Source of the DNA: an uncultured virus (IMG/VR IMGVR_UViG_3300027769_000015) | Lineage: Duplodnaviria; Heunggongvirae; Uroviricota; Caudoviricetes | IMG/VR virus record: IMGVR_UViG_3300027769_000015 | Strand: one strand, 5' to 3' | DNA: 61,577 bases | Shown: piece after piece, positions 32,896-43,477 of the stretch | Numbering within the stretch: position 1 is the stretch's first letter | Layout of the letters: each line of letters opens with the position of its first letter | Made by a program: the position numbers and the translations under genes | The notes under the pieces: model-generated | What the model was told of the DNA's origin: nothing | The model's input: only the letters and a program-made list of their open reading frames with translations | Database searches by the model: none

Positions 32896-33705
32896 TTATG
32901 AATTTGGGGTAGCGCTTTGAAAAAGATCTACGATACCCAGGCTCATTTCTGAGTTATACATTGATGTTGGAGTAGCTGCTTGCTCTATTAGGTCTTTTTC
33001 ATAGGAAACCCATTGACGTATATCAGCCACAATTGATTCAATCTTATCAACTGCTGATACGTGTATTTTTTCAGTTGTTAATAAATATGTTACCGTTCTT
33101 TTGACTACGTCAGTTTGGTCCATATTTGTTTCGGTGTCTGAAACCCTTCTAGCATATACGAATTCTGACGCTCCCAATCTTTTAAAAACTGGAGTGTACT
33201 CAAGCATGAAGTCTTCAAAGATTTCCATAATTCTATCGGCCACTTCCGCACCTGCATATCTTAGCTGATCTCCAGATAGCTGACCTGCATTGGCTTCAAC
33301 CATGATGGTAAAAGAAACAACATTTTGAAAGCGCTGACCTTCTATAAAATAATACTTACCATCATCACCCAATGCTTTATCCCTGTATCTCATTTTAGGC
33401 TCTTGGTTATGAGCCCTCTTTAGCTCAAGGCCGTAAGCGATGCACGGGTATGATGCAAACTTTCCACCAAATGTTGCTACGATTGGTATATCTGGATATG
33501 AGTTTTCCCAGAGCATCTTTACAACTTCAATGAATCCAAGATAGGTTAGGTTACCTTCGGCCTTTAACCTTCGTGAATCAGTGTCGTTGTAGTACTTAGG
33601 ATCCTGTTCTCGAAGCCTATCTCTGCTCTCTGTATAACTTTCCCACTTGTTACCTGGCGCTAAGTCGCCATCAAATCTACCTGGAAATGGAAATGAAGAC
33701 TGCAT
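32896..33705 (-). CDS. Putative tail terminator/completion protein
   Basis: Position upstream of sheath; YPCIAYGL...QRFQNVVSFTI...RTVTYLLTTE pattern. Confidence 0.5.
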   Translation of the reverse strand: MQSSFPFPGRFDGDLAPGNKWESYTESRDRLREQDPKYYNDTDSRRLKAEGNLTYLGFIEVVKMLWENSYPDIPIVATFGGKFASYPCIAYGLELKRAHNQEPKMRYRDKALGDDGKYYFIEGQRFQNVVSFTIMVEANAGQLSGDQLRYAGAEVADRIMEIFEDFMLEYTPVFKRLGASEFVYARRVSDTETNMDQTDVVKRTVTYLLTTEKIHVSAVDKIESIVADIRQWVSYEKDLIEQAATPTSMYNSEMSLGIVDLFQSATPNS

Positions 33706-33706
33706 A

Positions 33707-35791
33707 CTACGCTCCTGGTCCTGTTATTATAGAAAAATTAATATTTTTTAAACCAAGAGAAGATACTAAGTTTATTTCAAAAATTAAAGTTCCTCTTTCG
33801 GTTTTAGATCCATATGATTGAAGTTTATAATCTTTAATTGCCCTAGTTGTAACTAGCATATCGAGCATTGACTTAACTTGTGAGATAACTTTTTCTTCTG
33901 CGTTCTTTCCTAATCCATCATTAGCTATAGCTTTTATTTCGGTTATAACCATAGCTACCAATCTCATTTGTGGAGCTTTTGTAAAAGAGCTATTTTTATT
34001 AGCCAATGTATAATCGTTCGATATATTTACTTCGTATGGATTACCCCTTAAGGCTTTACGCGTTCTATAAACAGTGTTAACACCAAGGTTATCTAATCTT
34101 GCTAAAGAGTCCGCTGACAAATTAGAACCGTAAACAGAATATGCTCCTGGTATTCTCTTTCTAATCATTCCATTATATACTGGAGTTGATGACATCATTC
34201 CTGCAAATGCAGCTGCGGCTGAGCTAGTATAAGATTTACCAAAGCCTATATGATTAAACGTTAGTTCTCCATAAACTGGAACAACATATCGACCTATGTC
34301 ACTTTCTATTTCTCCGCTTATTGAATAAGTGGTAAATTTATTTACGAGTCTAGTATTTTGCTCTAGAAGTTGAATGTCAGTGTCTTTTGTTCCATTGTTT
34401 TTAGAGCCAATAATTCCTATTTGCACATATCCAGTAGTGTCGTTAAATGAATAACAATGAAGAGCAAGTTGAGCTATAAAATCAACAGATCCAGTATTTA
34501 TCATTGAAGTTTCAAGTGGAACTATTATATCGATGAAGTCAAGTCCCTTCGCTATATCATAGCTAACTGCTAATCTTTCATAATACTTTTCATAAAAGTT
34601 TAAATTAGAATTTGTTTCTGGTGAAAAGAATATTGGCATATCTGTAAGCCTTTGGGAAATGTCATCAATATATTCTGACATTGGTGCTACGGCCATTATA
34701 AATATAGACTTTGAACCGCAACTAAATGCGTCGTGAATTCCCCTCAATAAAGGTGAGGAAGTATTTGCTCCCAATAAATTAGTAGCTTCTTGAATAGAAT
34801 TGATTCTTATAATTTGATTTAGTTCAACTCCATCACTGTGACCCATTAACAATACTGAGTTAGTATTATAGTATTCTTCTAGTGAATCAAAAATTGGTCT
34901 CTTTGAGATAGTCGCGCCAGTTGTTGGACCTGTTAAATCTTTAGATACTCCATTTGTATTAATAACAGAATATCTACCTGTTGTAAGTTGTTCTGAATTT
35001 GACAAGGAAACATTTGTAGTAATAGAAAATTTATTATTTGCTGGAACTGAAGAGATAAAATAATTTCCATTAAAAGCTGCGCTTATTTCTGATATTGAAA
35101 TTTGATCACCAGACAAAAGATTATGATCAATATCAGTCGATAAAGTTATTACTCCATTTTCTATTTTTTTATATACTATATTTCCAACTCTACCAACTTG
35201 GCTTCTAGAAACTTCAAAATGATGTTCAATTACTTGAGTTCTATCATTGTACGCACACTGAATAGAAACTGTATATGTTCCACCAAAAAGTGTTTCTGGA
35301 ATTTTGTAATAAAAATTATATTCAGAATTTGATGGTCTATCATAATAAGAGTTTGTCTTAAGAGCTAATCTTGCGTACTCTTTTGCCGAATTGTAGCTCG
35401 ATAAGCTTGGTAAGCTAGTTGCTGCCGTTCTTGCTACTACTGATGTTGTGCTAGGGACGGACGTAACCGTGTACTCTGCATTATAACCACCGCCAACTCC
35501 ATAAACAATTACCGTATCACCGGCAGATAATTTATGATTTACTTCAAAACTAAAAGTTGCAGAAACGTATCCATCTATTATCGAAACTGGTGGTGTTATT
35601 GACGAAATCTGATAACTCGTATTGATCAATGAAGTAGATGAATGGATTATGTCGCCAGTTCCACCATTTCCTCTTGATACCGTTGCATATATATCTACAG
35701 GAGTAGCCTGATCTAGAGGATCGTAAAATTCACCGTTTACAAGGAAAGCAAACCTAAACTTTACCAATTGACCATTGTGCACTCTTAGCAT
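33707..35791 (-). CDS. Second sheath-like protein with N-terminal repeated beta domains
   Basis: The C-terminal ~390 aa parallel 31528-32793 (FSCGSKSIFIM/VSAGAERIYMV; KAPQMRLV/RLTTLRIV). Two N-terminal H.L..GD.[VI].[IV]....[YF]N..Y.[VI].SVP repeats. Confidence 0.65.
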   Translation of the reverse strand: MLRVHNGQLVKFRFAFLVNGEFYDPLDQATPVDIYATVSRGNGGTGDIIHSSTSLINTSYQISSITPPVSIIDGYVSATFSFEVNHKLSAGDTVIVYGVGGGYNAEYTVTSVPSTTSVVARTAATSLPSLSSYNSAKEYARLALKTNSYYDRPSNSEYNFYYKIPETLFGGTYTVSIQCAYNDRTQVIEHHFEVSRSQVGRVGNIVYKKIENGVITLSTDIDHNLLSGDQISISEISAAFNGNYFISSVPANNKFSITTNVSLSNSEQLTTGRYSVINTNGVSKDLTGPTTGATISKRPIFDSLEEYYNTNSVLLMGHSDGVELNQIIRINSIQEATNLLGANTSSPLLRGIHDAFSCGSKSIFIMAVAPMSEYIDDISQRLTDMPIFFSPETNSNLNFYEKYYERLAVSYDIAKGLDFIDIIVPLETSMINTGSVDFIAQLALHCYSFNDTTGYVQIGIIGSKNNGTKDTDIQLLEQNTRLVNKFTTYSISGEIESDIGRYVVPVYGELTFNHIGFGKSYTSSAAAAFAGMMSSTPVYNGMIRKRIPGAYSVYGSNLSADSLARLDNLGVNTVYRTRKALRGNPYEVNISNDYTLANKNSSFTKAPQMRLVAMVITEIKAIANDGLGKNAEEKVISQVKSMLDMLVTTRAIKDYKLQSYGSKTERGTLIFEINLVSSLGLKNINFSIITGPGA

Positions 35792-36164
35792 TTAATTTTT
35801 ACTTTCCCTAGTTGCGCCTGCAACCCAGTAAACTATTTTTCCACCTCTGCCTCTTACTGGCGCAGAAAAGTCTATTAGAAAAATCTCTTGACCACTTGGA
35901 TATTCTTCATATATTCTATCACCAGATTTAATATTTGCTGTATCTTGAAAATAGTATATCACTTCAGAACTAACCGTTAAGCCTTGCGTATTTTCTTCTA
36001 AGATATTAGCAAATCCGCTGAGCACCAGGGTATACAGCTCTTACTGTGTACCTCTGCATTTTCTGGCTGTAGGTCATAGTTTTTTGATCTAACAATCTTT
36101 GAACTAATATATTATGACCCCAACTGCGCAGTATGTTACTTAACGTGCGTTTTGGATCAATCAT
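35792..36164 (-). CDS. Head-closure/connector-like protein (123 aa), +1 shift at CGGA 36014-36017
   Basis: ATG 36164 overlaps the upstream stop. 49 codons, then CAG-CGG-ATT-TGC-TAA. The +1 frame is ORF 35792-36025 (YYFQDTANIKSGDRIYE). Confidence 0.7.
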
Positions 36165-37047
36165 ACTTCCTTATTCCTCTTTCTGGAATTGGATTCTCAT
36201 CTGGTGTTTGAATATGAGTTGGTCCATACAAATCTCTTGGAGTGTAATAAACTGACAATCCAGTATAAGGATCCATATTTCTTCCAGCTCCAATTGTTGG
36301 GAGAGTTGGCAATCCCTTTGGCTGAACTGCCTTCATTCCAACTTTTGATGTCAACATTTCTTTTCTAAGCATTGCCGCAATCTGGCACCAGGTGGTAGCA
36401 TTTGCTCTGCTTAGAGTATTTCTAGGTAAGTTTTTATTGGTTATTGAAAGATCACCAAGTCTTACGGAAAGCTCATCGTCTCCGCCATTTCCGTAAACTC
36501 TAGTTAATTCACAGCATGTTGCTGCTCTTATATATTCAAATGCTGTAAATGGAATATTTGTTCCATCTTCTGTCGCTAATAATTTAAATATATTTTTTAT
36601 TTCTATAGAATAGTTGTGAATAAACTCACCTATTTCCAATAGGGATGCGTCGGGGAAGTATGGAAGAAGCAGTTCTGGATCAAGATATAATGGTTCTATA
36701 TCTGCTGCAAAAGATATTATTTCATCTTCTCTTAGGAATACAGTTGGCTTATAGTCTTCCGTTGGCGTACTTACATATATTTGTTGATTAACATTAATTG
36801 TAGTATTATTTTCAAGAATTCCTGTAAAAAAAACTCTGTATGTTCCAGCGGTTGTTGGGGTATAATCATAATAATACTCATAAATATTAAGTGCCGTAGG
36901 GTTTGTCGATATTATCGTTTGATTATCAGAATTTTTTATTGACATTAAAACACTTGCTGGAGCAACCTCTATTTGGTTGCCATCTGTGTCTACGTCGATG
37001 AATTTAACCTTTAGACGAACAGTATCATTAACTAAAATATTTGCCAT
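36157..37047 (-). CDS. Neck/head-tail adaptor-like protein with N-terminal Ig-like domain
   Basis: Position; YYYDYTPTTAGTYRVFF, EYIRAATCCEL...SVRLGDLSIT. Confidence 0.5.
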   Translation of the reverse strand: MANILVNDTVRLKVKFIDVDTDGNQIEVAPASVLMSIKNSDNQTIISTNPTALNIYEYYYDYTPTTAGTYRVFFTGILENNTTINVNQQIYVSTPTEDYKPTVFLREDEIISFAADIEPLYLDPELLLPYFPDASLLEIGEFIHNYSIEIKNIFKLLATEDGTNIPFTAFEYIRAATCCELTRVYGNGGDDELSVRLGDLSITNKNLPRNTLSRANATTWCQIAAMLRKEMLTSKVGMKAVQPKGLPTLPTIGAGRNMDPYTGLSVYYTPRDLYGPTHIQTPDENPIPERGIRKYD

Positions 37048-37073
37048 TTTTGCCTCTTTAAAGATAGATATTT

Positions 37074-37081
37074 ATATAGTA
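37074..37081 (-). promoter_or_regulatory. Putative late promoter motif TACTATAT
   Basis: 26 nt upstream of ATG 37047. Confidence 0.55.
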
Positions 37082-37105
37082 CAGTCAATTTTTGTACTGG
37101 TAAAG

Positions 37106-37402
37106 TTATTGACCCTGATACTGCACGCTGACTAGCGTTCCTGAGTGTATAGTAATCTCTTTTGCTTGAATAAGAGCTGCACCTTCTTTAGCTAATGCCT
37201 CTATTGTTATAATTCCAGTTGGATCTATATCTAGGCTGATAACCCCTATAGTTGTAGCTACGGAGTAATCCTCGTTACCACCAAAATGGATCATAATATC
37301 GTTTAAAATAATAGGATTTAATATTCCTTCTATTTTTAATATTACAGTACCATCATAGGCTACACCAGCCTGGTTGTATGCAATTAAATCATTATAACGC
37401 AT
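37106..37402 (-). CDS. Hypothetical (probably virion) protein
   Basis: 98 aa ORF with SD and upstream TACTATAT. Confidence 0.6.
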   Translation of the reverse strand: MRYNDLIAYNQAGVAYDGTVILKIEGILNPIILNDIMIHFGGNEDYSVATTIGVISLDIDPTGIITIEALAKEGAALIQAKEITIHSGTLVSVQYQGQ

Positions 37403-37428
37403 TGGAGAATCCTTGTCATCGTTTAACT

Positions 37429-37436
37429 ATATAGTA
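37429..37436 (-). promoter_or_regulatory. Putative late promoter motif TACTATAT
   Basis: 26 nt upstream of ATG 37402. Confidence 0.55.
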
Positions 37437-37458
37437 GTGGTATATAATTAAAATATTA

Positions 37459-38244
37459 TTAGAATTGTAAACCAGCGTCTTTTTTGAGGTTTGGCATCCA
37501 GATTCTCCAATCACCGTCTTTGGCGTGTTCCGGAGTTCCATACAAAAATTGGCCAAGGTAAGCTATCCTAAGCCCGTCTCTTACTGTAGCAACTTCGTGA
37601 GTACCAATATAATTAGTTGGATATATTACAGCTGAACCAACTTTTGGCTTATGGGTATACTTTGCATGCTTAAATTTAATTTCTCCGCCAGTAAAATTAA
37701 AACCATTTAGCTCATCTTCTGTATCTACGCAGTCGTTTAAATATATATTTACACTTACTTTACTGTGCTTAGGATATTCGTTGCTAGTTGGTTTTCCAAA
37801 CTCAAAAGGTATTGCATCATCACAGTGTGGGCCTATCCCTTGACCCTTCGAATAGGTAGCTATGTGACCTGCGCCTCTCCACCAACATACGCTAGCTGCA
37901 TCTGGGTAGTGCTTGCAATACTCAACAAGGATTTTATACATAAGATCTTCTAAATCTTCTATAAACTTTTCTTGCTCTTTCGTTGGGTTTCTTTCACTCA
38001 TCTTAAGTAGTGGGTCAACAAAACGACTCGGTGCTTGACTAACTGCTTCTGAATCAAACTTAAAACCAGTTTTATTAACTGCGTATTTTTTTCCATTTTC
38101 TTCAAAATAGGTAAATGTTTCTTCCTCTGCTTCTTTCAAATAGTTGATATAATCAAACAAAAACTTCTGATCAACATCAAAGGCGTTAGTGGCTAAGCAC
38201 AATCCAGAACCCTTATCTTCAAGTTTAAAATCTTTTCTTATCAT
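37459..38244 (-). CDS. 2OG-Fe(II) oxygenase, prolyl-4-hydroxylase type
   Basis: HCD...YLND...FTGGEIKF...HEV..V..G.R. Confidence 0.85.
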   Translation of the reverse strand: MIRKDFKLEDKGSGLCLATNAFDVDQKFLFDYINYLKEAEEETFTYFEENGKKYAVNKTGFKFDSEAVSQAPSRFVDPLLKMSERNPTKEQEKFIEDLEDLMYKILVEYCKHYPDAASVCWWRGAGHIATYSKGQGIGPHCDDAIPFEFGKPTSNEYPKHSKVSVNIYLNDCVDTEDELNGFNFTGGEIKFKHAKYTHKPKVGSAVIYPTNYIGTHEVATVRDGLRIAYLGQFLYGTPEHAKDGDWRIWMPNLKKDAGLQF

Positions 38245-38245
38245 A

Positions 38246-39127
38246 TTAATAATTTGATTTCGTTATACTAAATTGCTCTGAAGATTCATCATATCCTTTT
38301 TCTATCAGATAATTTCTATAATCAGATACTAGGTTTGGCATGTAGAGATTGGTTGCATTCTTTGCCATCTCCAGATCTTTAATAGGGTCGACAACTGACT
38401 CGCCAACTTCTTTGTTTGGAGTTCCGTGACTATACCAACCAAGATAAGAATATCTCTCACCTTCTTGAACTGGCTTGACTTCATGTGCTGCCATAAAATT
38501 AGATGGAAACATTAACAAGTCTCCCCTCTTTGGTTTTATATCTATATCCAAATAATTAAAATAATGGTGACCACCAGTAAAATTATTTCCATTTAGTTCT
38601 TCTCTATTATCAACACATGATGTTATATAAAACACGTTACTTATAGTGTTTCTAGTAGCTAATTGATCTTTTGGTGTCCAAACATCGTATATGTAATCTG
38701 CACTTACATCTGAATGACTGCCCAAATAAACATTTTCTTTATACTGGACTATATGACCCTTGACTTTCCACCAAACACATTTAAAAGATAGTGGAAATAA
38801 TTCAAAATACTTTAACAAGTATCTATCTTTTGATTCTTCTACAAAATCAAATATTTCTTTTACTTTTTCATCACTATATCTATGGATAGCTGACCCTCTG
38901 CCAGGCATCGCATCTATACTGTCTTTCCCAAAAAAATAGCCACTTTTGTTTAAATAGATTTCTTCACCAGTTTCTGGATCTATAGCTGGCGTATACATTT
39001 CTGCTTTTTCTTTATTAATTGCACTTCTACTAAATTCCGTAATATAGTCCCAGTCTATATCTATAGCCGATTCAAAAAGAACTACTCCACCACCCAAGTG
39101 TTTTGCATCTACGTCATTGAATTTCAT
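38246..39127 (-). CDS. 2OG-Fe(II) oxygenase, P4H type
   Basis: HSD...FTGG...FPSNFMAAHEVKPVQEGERYS. Confidence 0.85.
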   Translation of the reverse strand: MKFNDVDAKHLGGGVVLFESAIDIDWDYITEFSRSAINKEKAEMYTPAIDPETGEEIYLNKSGYFFGKDSIDAMPGRGSAIHRYSDEKVKEIFDFVEESKDRYLLKYFELFPLSFKCVWWKVKGHIVQYKENVYLGSHSDVSADYIYDVWTPKDQLATRNTISNVFYITSCVDNREELNGNNFTGGHHYFNYLDIDIKPKRGDLLMFPSNFMAAHEVKPVQEGERYSYLGWYSHGTPNKEVGESVVDPIKDLEMAKNATNLYMPNLVSDYRNYLIEKGYDESSEQFSITKSNY

Positions 39128-40037
39128 GGTTTATCTCTTTCACTGTATTTGCACTATTATACACTCTATTCGTTGCCCTTAGTAGATTGTCTATTTTTTC
39201 TTTTTCTAAGTTATGAAATTTAGTGTTAACAAAATTTATATAATCTTTAATTACATTAGGCATCCATATTTGCCCTTGAGAACCTACTGGAATATCACCA
39301 TCTGTTATATTAATTCCTCTTTCTGGATGAGGAGAACCGTGAGAAAAGTAACCAATGTAGGCATAACGGTTTCCGTCATGGCAATATGATATCTCATGTG
39401 AGCCTAAGTAATTTGATGGAAACATTAACATATCTCCAGTTTTTGGCTTATATGTTATATCAGCGTATGGGAAATGTATCTCCCCACCAGTGTACTCATA
39501 TTTGTTAATGCCTTTTGTGTTTTTGACAGAGTCATTAAGATAGATGATTACGCCAACTACACTTCTTGTTGCAACCTGAAGGTCTGGCTCAAAACCAGGT
39601 TGGTAATTTACATCATTATCACTATGTAATCCCATTGCGCTTCCTGGTCCATAAGCCAATATGTGACCCTGAGTTCTCCACCATAGGCTAGTTACAATCA
39701 TTGGGAAAAGCGTGGCATAACTTAAAACGCCTTCGTAAAAACTTTTTTCACATGTTTCAAAAAAATTAATTATATCCAAACCAGTATTTTCATCTACGAA
39801 GTTCATAATATGGCTTGAACTCTTGTATATATCTTCTATGGCATACCTGTGACCACTTCGATTTATGGCATAAATTGGACTATTTTTTTCATCGTAGATA
39901 ATTTGATAGTCTTCTTTTATCGCTTTTTCCTTTAGAGATGCAATATAGGGAAGGATTAAATCTTGATTTACTTCAACTGCATTTTCAAAAAGGACAACGC
40001 CAGTTCCTAGGTGCTTTGGTTCAGGCAGTGTATACAT
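39114..40037 (-). CDS. 2OG-Fe(II) oxygenase, P4H type
   Basis: HSD...YLND...YTGGEIHF...HEI...GNRYA. Confidence 0.85.
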   Translation of the reverse strand: MYTLPEPKHLGTGVVLFENAVEVNQDLILPYIASLKEKAIKEDYQIIYDEKNSPIYAINRSGHRYAIEDIYKSSSHIMNFVDENTGLDIINFFETCEKSFYEGVLSYATLFPMIVTSLWWRTQGHILAYGPGSAMGLHSDNDVNYQPGFEPDLQVATRSVVGVIIYLNDSVKNTKGINKYEYTGGEIHFPYADITYKPKTGDMLMFPSNYLGSHEISYCHDGNRYAYIGYFSHGSPHPERGINITDGDIPVGSQGQIWMPNVIKDYINFVNTKFHNLEKEKIDNLLRATNRVYNSANTVKEINHEIQ

Positions 40038-40039
40038 GC

Positions 40040-41146
40040 TTAAATCGCAACTGGTTCAGTACCGCATGGACCTTCTGGAAGATCAGTATCAGAATTAGCA
40101 GTGGATTTAGCTTCCTCTTTAACTTCTATTGCCTCATGGGTAGTATTGTATTGGGCGACGTTTCTACCTTGATAAACTGGATTCCAACCAAGTTCTACTT
40201 TGTACTTTTCTGGATCGGAATAAATTGAATAAGGCGACTTACAATATAATTCATAATCATCATAAATATTATTAAGCCATACTGCTGGACACCACTCAAA
40301 ACTTTTATCTGGTTCAGATATTACGACTCCAGCAGGGATGTCATCACCGCCTTGTCCAAAAAATGATAGATAAGAATATCTTACACCTTTACCCATTCTT
40401 TCAACATCGTGAGATGCCACAAAGTTTGTTGGGAAAAATATAATATCTCCTCTTTGTGGTTTGTATGAAACCCCTAAATGAACAAATCGAAGATGTCCAC
40501 CAGTAAAGTTTCTTCCATCTAATTCCTCTTCGGAATCCACACAATCATTAAGGTATAATAACGATCCACACGTTTGCCTTGAAGCAACCATGCCTCTTGG
40601 CATATATCTTATTCCACCAGTTACCTTGTAATTAGTATCATTATCAGCGTGACACCCCAAAATACCACCATCTCCATATCTTAAAACGTGACCTCTGTTC
40701 TTCCACCAAATGCTACCAATCATTAGTGGATAATGATCGATATACTTAATTAAGCACTTGTAGTTTTGCTCTTCTAGGTAAAGAAAAAAATCCTTAACCT
40801 CATCTGAGGTTTCGTCAGTAACTGGATGCAATAGTCTAACTGGAGCAGCAGGTATATCTTCTAGCCTATATCTAAAGCCGTCTTCATTAATTCCATAGTC
40901 CGTTCCATCTTCAGCAGTGATGTACGACCATCTATTTTGATGAGCCTTTTCAGCCTTAGAGTCTATATAGTCTAATACTAACTTCTGATCTATCTTAAAG
41001 GCGTTTCTAAAAACTACAATTCCTGGAGCTAATATTTCCATTTCTATTTCAGATATCTCCTTAAGAGTATCGCTAGATATAGTTGGAGTAACTGGGAATG
41101 GCGTACTGTTAATAAATTTATCTACTGATTGATTTTCCATGATCAT
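40040..41146 (-). CDS. 2OG-Fe(II) oxygenase, P4H type
   Basis: HAD...YLND...FTGG...HDV...GVRYS. Confidence 0.85.
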   Translation of the reverse strand: MIMENQSVDKFINSTPFPVTPTISSDTLKEISEIEMEILAPGIVVFRNAFKIDQKLVLDYIDSKAEKAHQNRWSYITAEDGTDYGINEDGFRYRLEDIPAAPVRLLHPVTDETSDEVKDFFLYLEEQNYKCLIKYIDHYPLMIGSIWWKNRGHVLRYGDGGILGCHADNDTNYKVTGGIRYMPRGMVASRQTCGSLLYLNDCVDSEEELDGRNFTGGHLRFVHLGVSYKPQRGDIIFFPTNFVASHDVERMGKGVRYSYLSFFGQGGDDIPAGVVISEPDKSFEWCPAVWLNNIYDDYELYCKSPYSIYSDPEKYKVELGWNPVYQGRNVAQYNTTHEAIEVKEEAKSTANSDTDLPEGPCGTEPVAI

Positions 41147-41760
41147 CCTAACATTTCATCGATTGCTTCTCGGATGGTCCATCCAGCGCCCATAACTCTT
41201 GGTATCTCATCTAGTGGCATATCCTGCCAGTTAAACCTAGCTACCATTACTCCATCACGGCTAATCAAAAACTTTTCATAACTGTGCGATATTCTAGATA
41301 TAGCTTGTCCAGCTAAATTTTGATTTTCAATTGCTTTTTCACTTTGATCTGCGCTGAAGTCAGAATAGTTTCTTCTTTCATCTCCCTTTAACGCTGTATA
41401 TAAAGGGTGCTCATTCTTACCATTAACATCTATTTTTTCGAAGAAAGGAAAGGTAACAAAAGGATAATTTTCTTTAACAAAAGAAATTATCTCTTCATTT
41501 GTTCCTGGTTCCATTCTAGCAAATTGATTATTCGGAAATGCTAAGACTGAAAATCCTCTATCTTTAAATTCGTCATGAACTTTTTGCAATTGCCACAACT
41601 GCCTACAGGTTCTTGCGTAAGACCAAACCTTAGAGCACTGTGGTTCATAGCCGCCTGCTTTTGTTGCAACGTTAACTATAAGAGTTAATTTACCTTTGAA
41701 TGTAGACAAATAATCCTTTTGTCCATCTATTGATGTAGCTTCAATATTATAGATTGACAT
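41143..41760 (-). CDS. Glutathione peroxidase-like protein (atypical active site)
   Basis: LIVNVAT...GFSVLAFPNNQF..MEPG...KIDVNGKNEHPLY...YEKFLISRDG. Confidence 0.85.
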   Translation of the reverse strand: MSIYNIEATSIDGQKDYLSTFKGKLTLIVNVATKAGGYEPQCSKVWSYARTCRQLWQLQKVHDEFKDRGFSVLAFPNNQFARMEPGTNEEIISFVKENYPFVTFPFFEKIDVNGKNEHPLYTALKGDERRNYSDFSADQSEKAIENQNLAGQAISRISHSYEKFLISRDGVMVARFNWQDMPLDEIPRVMGAGWTIREAIDEMLG

Positions 41761-42073
41761 TTTTTTGACCTCTAATATCGATCTTCATGTATTCGTCTAC
41801 TGTTAACGTGCCAGCAAATTTATCTTCAAATACTTCTACGTCTACAAAAAGTGTTGCTTTTATTGGCGTGTCTACAACTGTAGAAAATGTTAATTTGTTT
41901 CCGTCAATAACGCCGTTGCTGAAGTTTAAAGATCCTCTTTCTCCAGTAATTGTTCCAGAAACAACTGGCTCTACTGAGGCAAACGTAACTTTGCTTTTAC
42001 TAGTTCCAAATGGAGTAAGGGCAAAAACATCCCAGTCTCCAGTAGTGCTTAAGTTGGTGTTGATGCTATTCAT
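41747..42073 (-). CDS. Hypothetical beta-rich protein
   Basis: 108 aa ORF; TATAAT 6 nt upstream of the ATG. Confidence 0.65.
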   Translation of the reverse strand: MNSINTNLSTTGDWDVFALTPFGTSKSKVTFASVEPVVSGTITGERGSLNFSNGVIDGNKLTFSTVVDTPIKATLFVDVEVFEDKFAGTLTVDEYMKIDIRGQKNVNL

Positions 42074-42079
42074 AGTTCA

Positions 42080-42090
42080 ATTATATCACA
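42080..42090 (-). promoter_or_regulatory. Extended -10 promoter, probably leaderless transcript
   Basis: TGTGATATAAT ends 6 nt before ATG 42073, with no SD. Confidence 0.6.
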
Positions 42091-42118
42091 AAGAACCTAA
42101 ACAAAACTGCACTTGGTG

Positions 42119-42754
42119 CTATTCGTGATAGTACTCACCAGTTGACAATGCTTGCGGAGGATAGTCTGCGTGCCAAATATTTATTCCAAAAATAGTTTTA
42201 AAACCATCAATAATGGGTGTTGTATTATGAAGCAAGTGACCACCGTCGAAAATAATTAACCTATTTGGCTTACAAGCTATTCTCTCCCTCTCTTCAGGGG
42301 GAGTTGCATTGGCATTAACTATTTCCCACTCTAGTGCGTTGGGTGTGTTATCTTCTAACTTGAATTTATGAATTTCTAAAAATCCACCAACAAAATCCTG
42401 ATTAAGATGAGGATAATATACGCAACCAAGTACTGTCCCTCTAAAAATTTTTTTGTCTCTATATAGAAAACCATCTTCGTCAAAATGAAGACCTATAGAT
42501 TCGTCTTTATCATATCTTCTGTTCCAATACTCAAATCCAGATATTTCCTCTTTTGGTATTGGTAAATGGTTTTCCCATATTTTTTTAATTAGTTTTTTTC
42601 TTGTTGTGTCTGCTGGGCTTTTCCACCAGCCATCCCAAAACATGAATTTACCAGTATAGGCTCCAGCTCCTATTGACTCTGGGTAGAAACTATCATCTAA
42701 TTCTATTTCGTTTAATAATTGAGGATCATTAATAAAGTCGTCTATTATTATCAT
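42119..42754 (-). CDS. 2OG-Fe(II) oxygenase
   Basis: GFEYW...LHFDED...VGGFLEI...PNRLIIFDGGHLLHNT. Confidence 0.75.
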   Translation of the reverse strand: MIIIDDFINDPQLLNEIELDDSFYPESIGAGAYTGKFMFWDGWWKSPADTTRKKLIKKIWENHLPIPKEEISGFEYWNRRYDKDESIGLHFDEDGFLYRDKKIFRGTVLGCVYYPHLNQDFVGGFLEIHKFKLEDNTPNALEWEIVNANATPPEERERIACKPNRLIIFDGGHLLHNTTPIIDGFKTIFGINIWHADYPPQALSTGEYYHE

Positions 42755-42769
42755 AGTATCTATATTGTA

Positions 42770-43477
42770 CTATAGTTTTATCGCGACTGTTGTCCCTTGC
42801 ACCGTATAGTCGTGGTAGACTCTGCAATTGTTGATATTCTTTAGATTTTGATGCACTTCGTAATATGGTGAGTATTCTGCACCAACTTCGTATAAAAGTG
42901 CATTATTATTTATGTGGCCGATTACCAGAACACCACCAGTTGCCAGCATGTTGAAATATGAAACAACCAAGCTTGGATCATGGATTATGTCATAGGCATT
43001 AATTGCTATATAGTCAAATGGTCCAGCTGTGCCAGCTTCCACTTCTTGTCTTGATACAGTTTCATAATTCCATGTTTCTGATTCATTCTTGCAGAAGTTT
43101 TCAAATAGATCTAATTGATAACTATTTACAAAAGTTACTGATGATTCATCATTTAAAAGTTTTGCGAGGCCAGTGTTCCAAGCTGGAAACGACATTAAGC
43201 TAGATGCTGGTCTTTTTGCTAAAAATGCCAACTCATACGGAGCGCCACCATACGTGGATGAAAAGTTTTGATTCCATTTGGTGCTTTCGTTGAAAAACAT
43301 GTCAAAATACCATATAACGATATCGAAACCAACAGCTATTTTTCTTCTATCGATATTTAATGTATCCAAATACTCTTTAATACTTGCTGTTCTATCCACC
43401 ATATCTTGAGAGTTTTCGACTTGATGATATTTAACAATATTTTTAATACGTGAAAAGTATATCTGTGAATCATCCAC
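42770..43477 (-). CDS. Methyltransferase-fold-like protein (divergent)
   Basis: GPFDYIAI...YFNMLATGGVLVI resembles class I MTase motifs, but no clear Gly-rich motif I. Confidence 0.4.
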   Translation of the reverse strand: MDDSQIYFSRIKNIVKYHQVENSQDMVDRTASIKEYLDTLNIDRRKIAVGFDIVIWYFDMFFNESTKWNQNFSSTYGGAPYELAFLAKRPASSLMSFPAWNTGLAKLLNDESSVTFVNSYQLDLFENFCKNESETWNYETVSRQEVEAGTAGPFDYIAINAYDIIHDPSLVVSYFNMLATGGVLVIGHINNNALLYEVGAEYSPYYEVHQNLKNINNCRVYHDYTVQGTTVAIKL

